NCBI RefSeq assembly: GCF_964204645.1
Contig: NC_134030.1
Coordinates: 9,017,222 to 9,081,221 of the forward strand
Origin: Tubulanus polymorphus
Lineage: Eukaryota > Animalia > Nemertea
Direction of reading: 5' to 3'
DNA: 64,000 nt
How positions within the stretch are numbered: the first letter of the stretch is position 1; each line of letters opens with the position of its first letter. The notes under the pieces are model-generated. The model was not told the DNA's origin. It was given only the letters and a program-made list of their open reading frames with translations, and ran no database searches. The translations under genes were made by a program, and so were the position numbers. Below, in pieces: positions 1 through 64,000 of this stretch.

Positions 1-53053
<53,053 letters not shown>

Positions 53054-56000
53054 ACAACATCGGCGATTTTATTCTCTCGTTAAGATACGGCGGTAGCTGC
53101 TATTGACATACAAAGTTGAATCGGAATTCGTAGACTGTGTCGAATGGTGCTGCAGTCATCTTTTCTAGTTCGAATGTCGCTCAGTAAATGTTCATACTCG
53201 ACCAATCGGAATATTGGTTCTTAAGTTCAGTTGTCCGCAGCATTTTTGATTCGAATTTTCGGTGTCGTCTGATAGACGTCTGAACACTAGCGTATGTCAG
53301 TGAAGCATAGACAAAAAAAAACTACATAATAAGCAAAAAGGGACCTACTTACCGCTACTTAAAAACCTTTTAGTTAGCAGTTATTAGTTAATTTATCATT
53401 TTCTATAAGATGCTACAAATGCATTTAAATCTAGATTTAATCTTCATTGATCTATTAAGATAATAATTATTATCATTATTATTATTATTATCGTTATCAT
53501 TATTATGACTTATTTCATGATTATTGCTGTTTTAAAGTATTATATCACTCAATGGATTCAGTCTTGTGATTGTGCGCTTATTTCAAGTGTTGTTTAACTG
53601 TCGTTTGGTCAATACATTTTCAATGGTTATTGATTGCGACACAATGGGACACCGGCACTCACCAGATGGTCAGTCGTAGCGAAAATCTATTCATTTTCGA
53701 TGAAATTTGAACTTGATTTTTAGGCTTCCGAATGTGAAATCACCAACAAACTCATCAAATATATGTAAGATTGACTTTCTCACCTGTGTCAATGCTTGGA
53801 TTTCACTGAATATTGATTTACAAATGAGAAAAGTCGACTGGAAATAATTGGAGCGCTGCAACTCTAGCTGCTCTAGTGATCCTGGCGGATTATCGCTGAA
53901 TCCTTGCTTGCCACTGTAACGTTGCCGGCACCCCATTCATACTGTTGCAGCAAAGAGCATAGTTCCACTTATGCGGTGATGATACCCGCTTTATTCAAGT
54001 TCCACAAAACGACATTGGATCTTGCCTAACTGCTTCAGTGCGGAACGGTTGAAATCAAGTACGATATTGTTTGTGACTTTTTACTTCGATCGTAATTTTT
54101 CCAAAATTCAAAACGTTTCGAGTTATAGTCGTAAATTTTGATCTTGTGGTCGTACAATTCGTACTCTTAGTTTTGATCGGGCTAGGGTTTTTGTGAATGT
54201 GATAAGGGGCCATTCATTCATCAAATATGTATGCGTCGACGTGGGAAGGAGTCGGGTCCAAAAATTGTCCATATTTCTCCCTATGTACATAATGGCCAAA
54301 TGCTTTGAATTGCGTACATGGGGAGCTGGGGATTCGAAAATCGACAAGGGCTAGAGATGGGCTACTACTTTTTACCAGTTATCGGCTGTGCTATTATTAC
54401 TCAGTAATTGATATGATATCATTGTTATATATGCAAAACCTTCTCTTACTGTTGACTGATTGATGATGATTTTCAGTTTTGTGTATTATAGTAATATGGT
54501 TATTATTCAAAAAACACGTTAAAATATGCTAAATGCGGGGTAGATATTGCCCGCTCACATGTGCGTGTACAATATGTAAGGTTCGTACTTACTGATTGCC
54601 AATTTTTGAAGGATGGTCAATGCCTACGGCCTAGTGTTGGAAACTTGTATAGGATTTGTACAAAGATCCCATACATACATACATACATATATATATATTT
54701 CATGAAAGAGAATATTTGATGAATAATGATGCGTTGATTGAAGTCGAAATCGATTTTCTTCGCGTTTGACCTGGTGTATATATATATACAGTGACACGTT
54801 AAAATTCCAGATGTTTGCATTGTACAGAGAAAGTTTCGACGTTTATGTTCTGACCTGTCGATGGATGGTGCTCACGTATTAGATCGATATTATCATTTAT
54901 ACAATGATGAGAGGAAGCTTTGAACCGTTTACAGTCGGACAATCGGGAAATTGTCGTCGACGTTTATTCGTTCGGATGAAGAATTCGTTCTCTATCCTTG
55001 AATTGTACAGCGAATATGGATGTATCGTATATGGGATCCATACTATGCATTTTGCATTTAATTTTGTCAGTAGCTGGTGCTACATCTAAAAATGTCAGAA
55101 TTCAGACAGGGGCGGATCCAGGAATTTTGCTAGGGGTTCACGCTTATTTAAATGGCCGAAAACGTTTGGAATTTAGCTTTCTGGACCCATTCTACAGTTG
55201 TGAGTTAGAGTTAACTCTGAGTTAAAATCAGTTCATTTTCGATGAGTTAACTCCGAGTCAAATCTTAACTCACAACTGTAGAACTGGGTGGTGATCACGC
55301 GGAATTTCTGGAAATTCGACAACCACCGGTTTGTAACCCTGTGCCTCCCAACTACCTGTCTAAGACTGTTATGATGGAAATTACGATATATCCATACTTT
55401 ACTGTATATATTGTCAGTAATAATTACATAATGTATTATTTACATCGTATTATGCTACAGGCAACAGTATATAACTTATATATTTTTGCAGCAGATTGAC
55501 CTTGTTTACCTAGAGTGTTGGTAAAGGTAAAATTCCCTACTGTTTTCAGTGAAATTCAAAGTTGATAAGTTAGTAGTTGTACTTATGATTTGGATCGAGC
55601 TGTCTTTTTGGTAAAAGCCAAGTTGAAATCGGTGCATTGGGACAAGGAAATTATTTTAGGACTGATGGTCAGCCGGTATGGGTCGAAAAATTTCTGTGTA
55701 AAAACAACCGGCGGTTAAAAATAATACGGATGCTATGAAAAAAATCTACGTCGTTGAAAATATCATTGGACATGTACATTCTCCTCGGTCCATACGTCGA
55801 ATGTACATATAATATGAGTTTCGAAAAGTAGTTATTCGTTTAAAAACAAACAAAGTAGCAAAATTGTAAATAGAATAGAAATTAGGTATTGTTTTATCCA
55901 CCTCTTTAAGTTGTATTAATTGAAAATGCTGTAAAGTCATATATATCAAAATTCGTATAAATATATATATACATGAATATATATATATTTACGATTTCTC

Positions 56001-57467
56001 TTCTTCTTACTTCTTGTAAATATATCTGAAAAAATGAGAATTCGATAAATATTCTGTCAGTGATAGGTTTCGACAACTTGTATGCAAATCATCGGCTTAT
56101 CATTTTATGTGCATATATATATTAATTAAACTGTATATTCACTCAATGTTTACGGTCTTGAGTTAATTCATTCGTGGAGTGTTAGTTGTTGTCTGGTGCC
56201 GTTTCTGGTACCACATTTATCCAGTTGAGGAATATACTATGTTTTTAGTACTCCGCAAAACCTACTGGTAGATTGTACGAAATCCTCAAAAGCAATAGGG
56301 ATGGATGGCCATCTCTTCCCAATGAGTGGCACTATGGGCATCTTTAGCTGGTTCTGAGGTTGCTAGGATTCAAGCCTGTTCTGGACTGACGAGTCTTGTA
56401 TAAGAAAGAGCAATGCCACTATGCCTGGGGTTAACATCACCTAACTGGGACTGAAAATGGATGTCAAGAGTTAAGGGATAGTCCAAATAAGGAGTAGAAA
56501 ATAAGTCTGAAATTTCGTTTTTGGAAGAGTTTGCTATGTCCGAGTTTGGATAGGTTTCCAGTAATATCTGATCGGAATATGGAATATTCCATTAGCCTCG
56601 TTCATCCCACTTAATATATAGGATACTTGCAAGTATGTAAGTTTCTTTACTTGTAAGTAGCAGTACTTATATAGAGGATAAAGCAGGCTGTAGGCTGATA
56701 CAGCTCAGCTGGGCTTTGTTAACTTCATCATCCATCATTCTTCATTTATCTAATGGCCCCATCGCTAAAGGTACCCCCAATGGATTAGTCAAGGTACCAC
56801 GAGAAGGATTAGTTAGTAACAATTCATAGAAATATGGGTCTTGTCTAGTAGGTCGAATCCCTTAACAAAGGGTCTTTATCGTAGTAGTCTCACCCTTGGG
56901 AACATCAGTAGAAAATTTAGAAAACTAGTAAAAATCTGTAGGACTAGTATTGATTCATAGAAACACGACTTGAACTATAGGGACAAATCCATTGAATGGC
57001 TCTATATTCTTGTAGGACTAGTAGCAATTCATAGACATATAGGCCCGAAACCACTAAGTGGTCAAACCCAAAAAATGCCTATTCACTGTTTTAGACCTTG
57101 GCTCACAGATCATTGGTACAATATTTGCTCTTGATAGAAACTGTAGGACTAGTAGTCAAAGTTGATGCTAGATGGCTTGACGGAGCACCTTCTTAACCAT
57201 CAGCTCCACTGACCTTCGTTCACAAAAAAAACGATCTACATTCAAAAGTAAGTTCTTATGATCAGGTGGATCTTGAAGAAAAAGTCACAATCTGATCACT
57301 TCTCATACAAAAGCTGCATCGAAGAGGCAAAATCTCGGGTGAAGTCTCTGAATGGTACAATGGAGCCAGTGAACAAACAACGGTAAGACATTAGAATTTT
57401 GAAAACAATTTTCACACATTTTATTCGGCTGGAATTTTCTAGCACTATCTTAAAACAAACGCACTGG

Positions 57468-57473
57468 TTTATT
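57468..57473 (-). terminator. Candidate MTRR polyadenylation signal AATAAA
   Basis: tttatt on the + strand about 90 nt past the stop; a second one lies near 57420. Confidence 0.45.
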
Positions 57474-57564
57474 AAAATCACATATCGAATTTTCTCGGGA
57501 GACTTATTCATAATCACTATGACGAACTAGAAAAGTTTACGAGTGGTTCATAATTCTACAGTAG

Positions 57565-57644
57565 TTAAGACCAAACGTCCTCCAGATATCTATGGTTGAG
57601 ACGTAATGACATCAACCTTGCTTTCGCTACATCAATCGTAACTC
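57565..57644 (-). CDS. MTRR: MTRR terminal exon
   Basis: ...[11 protein letters not shown]. Confidence 0.93.
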
Positions 57645-60600
57645 CTGAAATCAAGAAACAAATAACTATCACTGATCAGTGTTGTGCAGATGGCCTGCAC
57701 GAATCAAACATGCCACAGGTGACAACAGTTCTCGGACTCGGGCTGAACTCCGAAATTCCCATGCATTAGTTCCCATTATATTTTGGATATGTTGTATCTT
57801 GGGCCAATAGCTAAATTTTGTCAAGACAGCCTCTGGAATTTCGACCCCTTTCCTCAGTAATGAGGTCATCTTCAAGGTTGTGTCGCTGAAAAAAGTTCGG
57901 CCACCAGGTGGCGCACTGGGCCCATTCTTTACACCGCTGGACCCCATACTAACATCGTAACCAAGTTTCATCAAGATCGACGCACTATTAATGTTAAGTA
58001 GGTGAAAGACAGACTGATTATAAGGGTCTCATGGAAGCCTGAGAACCAATATAGAGACTAGCTACCGACCTTTGCATTCTGAAATAATATCCGCCCAGGC
58101 TTCATTCACATCTTTCGCCATGTGGTTAGCATCCCCGCACACGTACACGTGGGCGCCACCTTGTATCCACTCGTAGAGTTGCTTCCCGCGTATTCTCATA
58201 CTATCTTGTACATATCGAGGCTGCTCGGGTGATCGATCGTCGCGCGAGAAACTAACGCTCAGTTCGGTCAACGAACCGCACGCGCGAAGCTTCTCTAGAT
58301 CTTCCCTACAACGCACAAGACGTAGAATGAAAACTAAACACATCGACGAACAACAAGGGTGTTTTTGTCAGCGCGCGAATGAACTGATTTTAGTGTTTTA
58401 CCTGTAAATGTAGTCACAGGCCTCATGTCGACAGCCATAGAATAACCACATTTTCCCGATGTCGTGACCAGCTTGTTTTTGAGCATGCCTGAATCGAAAA
58501 GCAATCAGTTGGACTCGGATATCAAATAAATCACAGGCCTATCCCATTAGTTTATAGCTATATCCCCTTATAAAAGATGGCAGCTCTTTTAGTTACAGTA
58601 GGCCCCGCTTTACTGGGATCAGATTAATCATCATTTTGATGCCATTCAGATTTTATTAACAGTCCACCTATACGAATTATGTTTCCCCATTTCTATGATT
58701 CTGTGAAATCATAACTCAAATTTCAATAAGTCCCAGATTTACCAGATCAAGTGGAGTTAACCGTATTTCCAAAATTTGGCTTCGAAGTGAATGTGTTTTT
58801 TTTTACCTGTGTTTGATCATACCAACGAACGGGGCAACGCCGGTTCCAGGGCCGATCATCACCAAGTCAACCGATGGGTCAGTTGGCAGACGGAAATGTT
58901 GATTCGTACGGAAATACATCGGAACCTAAATGTATATAAGAATCTATTTCATTTTAGAATCAAGGAATCCAGGCTGACCACTTTAATTAGACTCGCTTTT
59001 TCCCCGACACGTATGTTGTTTTCCCTGATTCGATCTGCTAAGAATCCAATCAATTAACAAAGTCAAATTTGTAAGACATAGGTTGAAAATGTTTGATTTT
59101 ATATGCGATCTAGCAATCTCAACAAATTTACCCGACTTTTCTTTGATTTTAACTTTTTTTAATTCAAAATTCCCTCACTATTCTCTCACTTTTCTAAAAG
59201 AAATGGAAAACTTGCCGATTTTTCCCCGATTTCACGGTACCGCGTAAGTGGACACCTTGAAATCTGATGGCACTAGAAACCCCCACAAATACTTCCAATG
59301 TTTTCTCTACTCTACCTGCATGGTATCATCACCCGAGAAGCCGTTTTCCGACGTGGATGTCGGATTTGTTGTCATTTTCTCAGTGATACGATTTAGCCAA
59401 CCGGTACAAACTCCTGTACGGTCACTGTGACGACCGGAACCGGCTTCCATTTCGAGTACGTTGAAGGCGATGCGTATTCGGCCAGGAATTTCCAGGGGTG
59501 AACTGAAACATCGGAAGAAAGCTTCGTTCAGACCTGCTTAGAAGTTAATTGAGCAAATTCTTCTAAAAAGATAACTGGCTCATCTAGGCCGGACAGAAAT
59601 TTGTTATGTATGAAACAATTTCCAGTCACATTTCTCATGAATTTCATCAGCCCCAAATTATTTAAATCAAGACGTGTCTTAAACCGGTATTTCTTTTTCA
59701 ACTCACCTACAAGCCGAGTATGGACGAGGCTGAAGTCTTGGTAATTGTTCTGATGAAATGTAAGAATACATGCATTAGTTAGAACGGTTCCCTACAGATC
59801 GGTCATTCGTGGATATCAAGTTTAAAGGAGTTTTTAAGGAGAACATTTCAAATAACGAGGAATCCCTGCATGAATTTCATAACACATTTACAGTAGACTG
59901 ATTTCTAGGGGTAGTCTACAGTACAATCACAAACTAGACTAAAAATTCCTAATTGCTCTTTTCTCAAAATTGAAGGAGTTTAGGGCATTTTGCTCAAATG
60001 TAAGGAGCATCAAGCACCTTTCCATTTCGAAGGAGTTTCTAATGATTCATGAGTCATAGAGGCAATTTGAGAGGCCCTGTAGAGTGGCAATTTGAGCAGC
60101 AGGTGTAACATCTTCTAGGACTCTGACTCACCGATCAACCGTTCAACGGGTGGATTACAGCTGGGAAAACTCAGTAGAATATCCAACAGCGAAACGTGCG
60201 TTTCTCGTACGAACTTGGCGTAGTCTTCGCTGCCTTGTTTACTGGTCAACTCCTGCAGACGACGCTTCTCAGTCGGGTCGGTCGTGTAGTCGACCAACAT
60301 CCTTAAACACGCCTGAAATGTACCACAGCCATTTTTTCCCTTTTACTTCTGGTAGAAATCAAATCTAATTAGGTCAAATAACCGTTTAACTCAGCTGTAC
60401 AAAATATTTTGAAATATTCTTGATACAAAATATCTTTTAATGACCATTTTCTTAATCCCAAAAGGCCCCACTTCAGCGTACCCTATGGTATATACAAATT
60501 TCATAGTCCAACTATTAATTTCAATACAGACTGTTAAAATTAACCCTTTTGAGCTTATCTAGTATTTGAACCCTGAAATTCTTCACTGAAACAATCCATC

Positions 60601-63600
60601 CGTTTCATAAAGCCCTGTGAACGAACCTTTTTCAGAGTCGTGCGGATATCACAACACGATGTGAATATATGTCGTAATGTGGCTTCGGTAGGAATATAAT
60701 CATGAATCACTGCACGCTTTTTCTTCGTTTCAGCCATGACGGATAGAATACACTTTTTATCCGCTACATCAGCAACATTCAATCTACCAAGTCAATTTTA
60801 ACAATGCTAATAATGTTTGATTCAAACATTATTAGTGATAATAATACTCACTAATAGTGTTATTGATTCAATGAATCAATAACACTATTATTGAGTATTA
60901 TTATCACCGAGTCCGATTATTAGGTAATTAGAAAAGGAACTTTTTATTCTGGACTGGAGGTCATAGTCAGATGAAAAACGAAGAAATTAACCTTGAAAAC
61001 CTCTATAATAATAACGCATCAATCAAAGTTATAAGTACATGCATTTGTGCAATTTGGCTTTCAAGTATTCTCACACAGAGGAACGCAAATTCTTGGGTAG
61101 TTGGAGAGCAGGGATGGATCGATATCAAGATGATATAAAGTAAGGAAAGGCCTTTTGTTCGGGGCTTGCGATAATCCAAGCAATTGAATCAGCGGTAAAT
61201 GAAGTCTACTACATCTCAATGATTGTGTCGAGAGATTTAAGTACTAAATATAAGGGTTCAAAAGATTTTACATATACGTAGTACACATTAACCTTGTGAA
61301 TAAAAATTCAAAGAAAGGAGCTTAGAATTTGCGGAATTTTTAAATCTTACCTCTGTAAAAGTCTTTGGACCTCGGACGGTTCATTCTCACAAACGATGCT
61401 CACCGAATCACCGGGTTCGTATTGATAATCCTATTAAAAAAAAAGCGCGAAAGATCGAAGAAATAACTCTCGTGTAATCAAATCGAATGATCTGTACCCA
61501 ATTATTGCCCCGATAGACTTACAGGCGCTTCTAATTCCAATTCAAGTGTCTTCTTCACCGCGTCGACGCTGGTCAAAACTGTCGCCTTTGTTACGGCAAC
61601 CAAAGCGACCGAGCTCGCGGCTGACGGTAGCTTCGCTCCGTTTTGTATCGAACTTTGACTAGAGTCCTGAAAATCGAAACAATCCTCCTTCGTTTCTACT
61701 AACTATTCCAAAATTGATCGGCTATCATATAGAATATTTGGCCGTACAACACTTACCCATTTTTCATTGCTGAAGTTTATTTCTATAAACGGCGGGCTGA
61801 CTACGGGCAAAGAAAGGTTTGCTTCGGAAAGGGGAGGGATAGATGAGGTCAGAGAACGTTCAAGCGGAGGAGTCGAAGTCAGTTCAGATTCTACTGGTTC
61901 TTTTTGAACGGAAACTTGAGTTTGTAATTGATTTTTATTCACTGTTTGATCACCGTCCACCGAGTCACTGACGCCATTAGTTATTAGGACAGATTCCCTG
62001 TAGCCATTCGAGATTGTTACTGATTCGCCTATTTCAAGATCTGATATTCCGTTTTCAACCTTTTCGACTAAATTTTCACGATCTTCCGTATCGTGGTTAT
62101 GACTATTTTCTGCAGTCTTTGGCTCGTTAGTATCAGCATTTTCGTTTATCAGTGGAGGCTCTGAAACTGCGTTGTTGTAACTCGTTTCTTCATCAAGGTC
62201 AGATACACCCAATTCTTTCTGTAGTACAGGCCACAGTCCATCCATCCATGGCTCCACAACTACCTCTAGCCTGCAAAACAAACAGGTACCTAAGATACAA
62301 GATAATGTAACATATTGATGATGGTCTCGTAAGGACTTAATGTTAAATGATACCGCCTCAACCAAATATTTACAAATGACAGGAAAACGTTTGATTGAAA
62401 CGACGTAGTGTCCTCAGGCTTGTTAAGGTTTTATGCGAGGCTAGTCATTTGTTGGGGGATTGAATTCTGACATAATTGGCAGACGAAATTCCAAAATCGC
62501 ACATGTTCCATAGTTTTTCAGAGTTATGCAGTTTCTGGAACTTATCACCATAGAAACTAGGGGTCCAAAAACATGGTGGCCACTTGGAACGCGGATTGTT
62601 TGGTCAACAATCTGACAGTTTCAATATTCAATGCCCCCTGGTAAAACACAGAAACCAATGATCACAGCGCAATCCAAGAACATGTCATAAACCTATAACT
62701 GTGCAATTAAATGTGGTAACACAATATCTATACATCCCAAAATATGCCCTAAATGGAAATACTAGATAATTTCCCCATTCATCGACCATGATCAAGTCAA
62801 TGACCTGATAGCGAGCACTTACCCTACAGCATCATCTCCATATCCTGTAGCGTAGAAGTGTTTGGCGCCGAGTTCTTGCAACCTTTCATCGAATATCCGA
62901 CAGCAATTACAAAAGTTTGTATAGTTCGAATCGCCCAAACCTATCGCGAAAAACATCAGATTCAGTATGGAAAAACATCGACTACTCAAACCAAGAAATG
63001 AAAACTGATTAATCCTGTATTACGCACCTAGTATAGCGTATTTGACATCGCTGAGGAGATCGGTGGGTAACGTTTTTTTCTTGATCCGACGCCAAAATTT
63101 CAGAGCGGTATCCGGAGGGTCTCCTTCGCCGGTCGTCGAGACAACGATGACGACGTACTTTTCACGCTCGATATTGAACTGAAAAGGCGATCGAAAAAGA
63201 CGTATCGTTAAAGGGGTTAACCGGGGGTCAAAGGGTGCTGACGCTGTCATTTTTATTTAAGAGGCCTTGCCATGTCCCAAGAATGGAAACTGAAAACAGT
63301 ACTCCTGTCAACTTTAGGCCCGTATTTAGGTCGAGAGGGTTCTTAATACCCCAAGGACCCAACATTCCTGCTAGCACCTGAAAAAAGTTCCACTTTCATG
63401 AAAATTGGACCTCCCCCCTGAGACATGGATGGCTACGGGCACAAACTTGGTCATTAGATAATTTGTTGCATCATTTAATCCACAAAATTGTTTATTTTCA
63501 ACGTTTGAAAATCCAACTTCATTGGTCCAGGTCTGCATACACAGAGATGAACCCATTTCAATCATTGAAGTGCCAGTTTGTATTTTGCAAAACAATTTCT

Positions 63601-64000
63601 TGACCGGCAGGTCGTCCTTTGGATAAGTCATCAATATATAATGATCACTACGATGAATTAAATAAGTTCAACTGTTATACATAGAGGGGATGGTTGGCCG
63701 ATCGGCATTGATGACATGGTGACTTAATTGCAATCCAGTCACTGAATAAGTTGAAGGATGAAAAGAAACTTTGGCTGATGGTGGCCAGTAAGAGTAGTCT
63801 AGAATGAGAAAACGAAAACAAGCACTACCGTATCTACATTACAGAATTTGTTCATCAGAATTTTTTGACAAACCTTTTTATCAGTTTTGCTGAGACAGTG
63901 AAGTTCTGGATGAAGATTGTACGAAAGAGCAGTTTCAAACATCTCTTCAGCAATCGCCTCTGCCTGACCCGTCTGCGAGCCGTACACCAACAAGAATCTA
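57565..64000 (-). CDS. MTRR: Methionine synthase reductase (diflavin FMN/FAD/NADPH reductase), multi-exon; N-terminus just beyond the window
   Basis: [57 protein letters not shown], long hinge, [57 protein letters not shown]. The MTRR-type N-terminus with no membrane anchor distinguishes it from POR. Confidence 0.95.
57690..58040 (-). mobile_element. Second copy of the 8935-9300 repeat, in the last MTRR intron
   Basis: reverse-complement similarity. Confidence 0.65.
58070..58305 (-). CDS. MTRR: MTRR exon
   Basis: SVSFSRD...YVQD...[13 protein letters not shown]. Confidence 0.94.
58402..58488 (-). CDS. MTRR: MTRR exon
   Basis: [16 protein letters not shown]. Confidence 0.94.
58807..58925 (-). 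CDS. MTRR: MTRR exon
   Basis: FRLPTDPS...[11 protein letters not shown]. Confidence 0.94.
59316..59502 (-). CDS. MTRR: MTRR exon
   Basis: SPLEIPG...FNVLE...GVCTGWL. Confidence 0.92.
59707..59749 (-). CDS. MTRR: MTRR exon (FAD-binding RxYS)
   Basis: [14 protein letters not shown]. Confidence 0.93.
59784..60079 (-). mobile_element. MITE family B degenerate inverted copy in an MTRR intron
   Basis: ggttccctacagatc...aaggagt motifs, reverse of the 51458 copy. Confidence 0.65.
60132..60312 (-). CDS. MTRR: MTRR exon
   Basis: LRMLVDYT...[13 protein letters not shown]...[14 protein letters not shown]. Confidence 0.94.
60627..60783 (-). CDS. MTRR: MTRR exon
   Basis: LNVAD...[18 protein letters not shown]. 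Confidence 0.9.
60807..60907. repeat. Two abutting AT-rich palindromes (14-bp and 36-bp arms)
   Basis: ctaataatgtttga-t-tcaaacattattag, then 60835-60907 with one mismatch and a 1-nt centre. Confidence 0.9.
61351..61430 (-). CDS. MTRR: MTRR exon
   Basis: [24 protein letters not shown]. Confidence 0.92.
61523..61666 (-). CDS. MTRR: MTRR exon
   Basis: ...[15 protein letters not shown]. Confidence 0.9.
61757..62270 (-). CDS. MTRR: MTRR exon (end of FMN domain and hinge)
   Basis: [13 protein letters not shown]...[17 protein letters not shown]. Confidence 0.92.
62823..62940 (-). CDS. MTRR: MTRR exon
   Basis: [12 protein letters not shown]...GYGDDAVG. Confidence 0.94.
63028..63178 (-). CDS. MTRR: MTRR exon
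   Basis: FNIERE...[12 protein letters not shown]...YAIL. Confidence 0.94.
63874..64000 (-). CDS. MTRR: MTRR exon (flavodoxin start; truncated by window edge)
   Basis: [13 protein letters not shown]...KTDKK|GT. Confidence 0.93.

Noticed and set aside
57565-64000. Cytochrome P450 reductase, NOS or NDOR1 as alternative identities
   Set aside because: The N-terminal [26 protein letters not shown], the long hinge and [11 protein letters not shown] match MTRR

Overview
This is eukaryotic (invertebrate animal) genomic DNA: AT-rich, with GT-AG introns and many MITEs. It holds two convergent multi-exon genes. On the + strand (1-53053) is an RH-family RhoGEF (ARHGEF11/12-like, Drosophila RhoGEF2-type). 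It shows the last PDZ strand, a coiled coil, an RGS-like (RH) domain, C1, DH, PH, a C-terminal coiled coil and an acidic tail. I assembled 36 phase-consistent exons by hand (5202 nt, about 1733 aa). On the - strand (57565 to beyond 64000) is methionine synthase reductase (MTRR): 14 exons visible, with the start codon just outside the window. Introns carry a tRNA-derived SINE, at least 8 families of non-autonomous DNA-transposon-like elements (often nested or stacked), a ~330-bp (TA)n and a 39-bp minisatellite. The most interesting signal is hidden isoform complexity in the RhoGEF. There are at least 4 candidate alternative first coding exons and about 8 frame-preserving cassette or micro-exons, several encoding short motifs (LIR-like, di-cysteine, a possible spliced-in membrane anchor). 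The tail also has an AKAP-like helix and a C-terminal PDZ ligand. All of this is inferred from sequence alone and needs RNA-seq. No prokaryotic features, CRISPR arrays, rRNA or true tRNA genes were seen.
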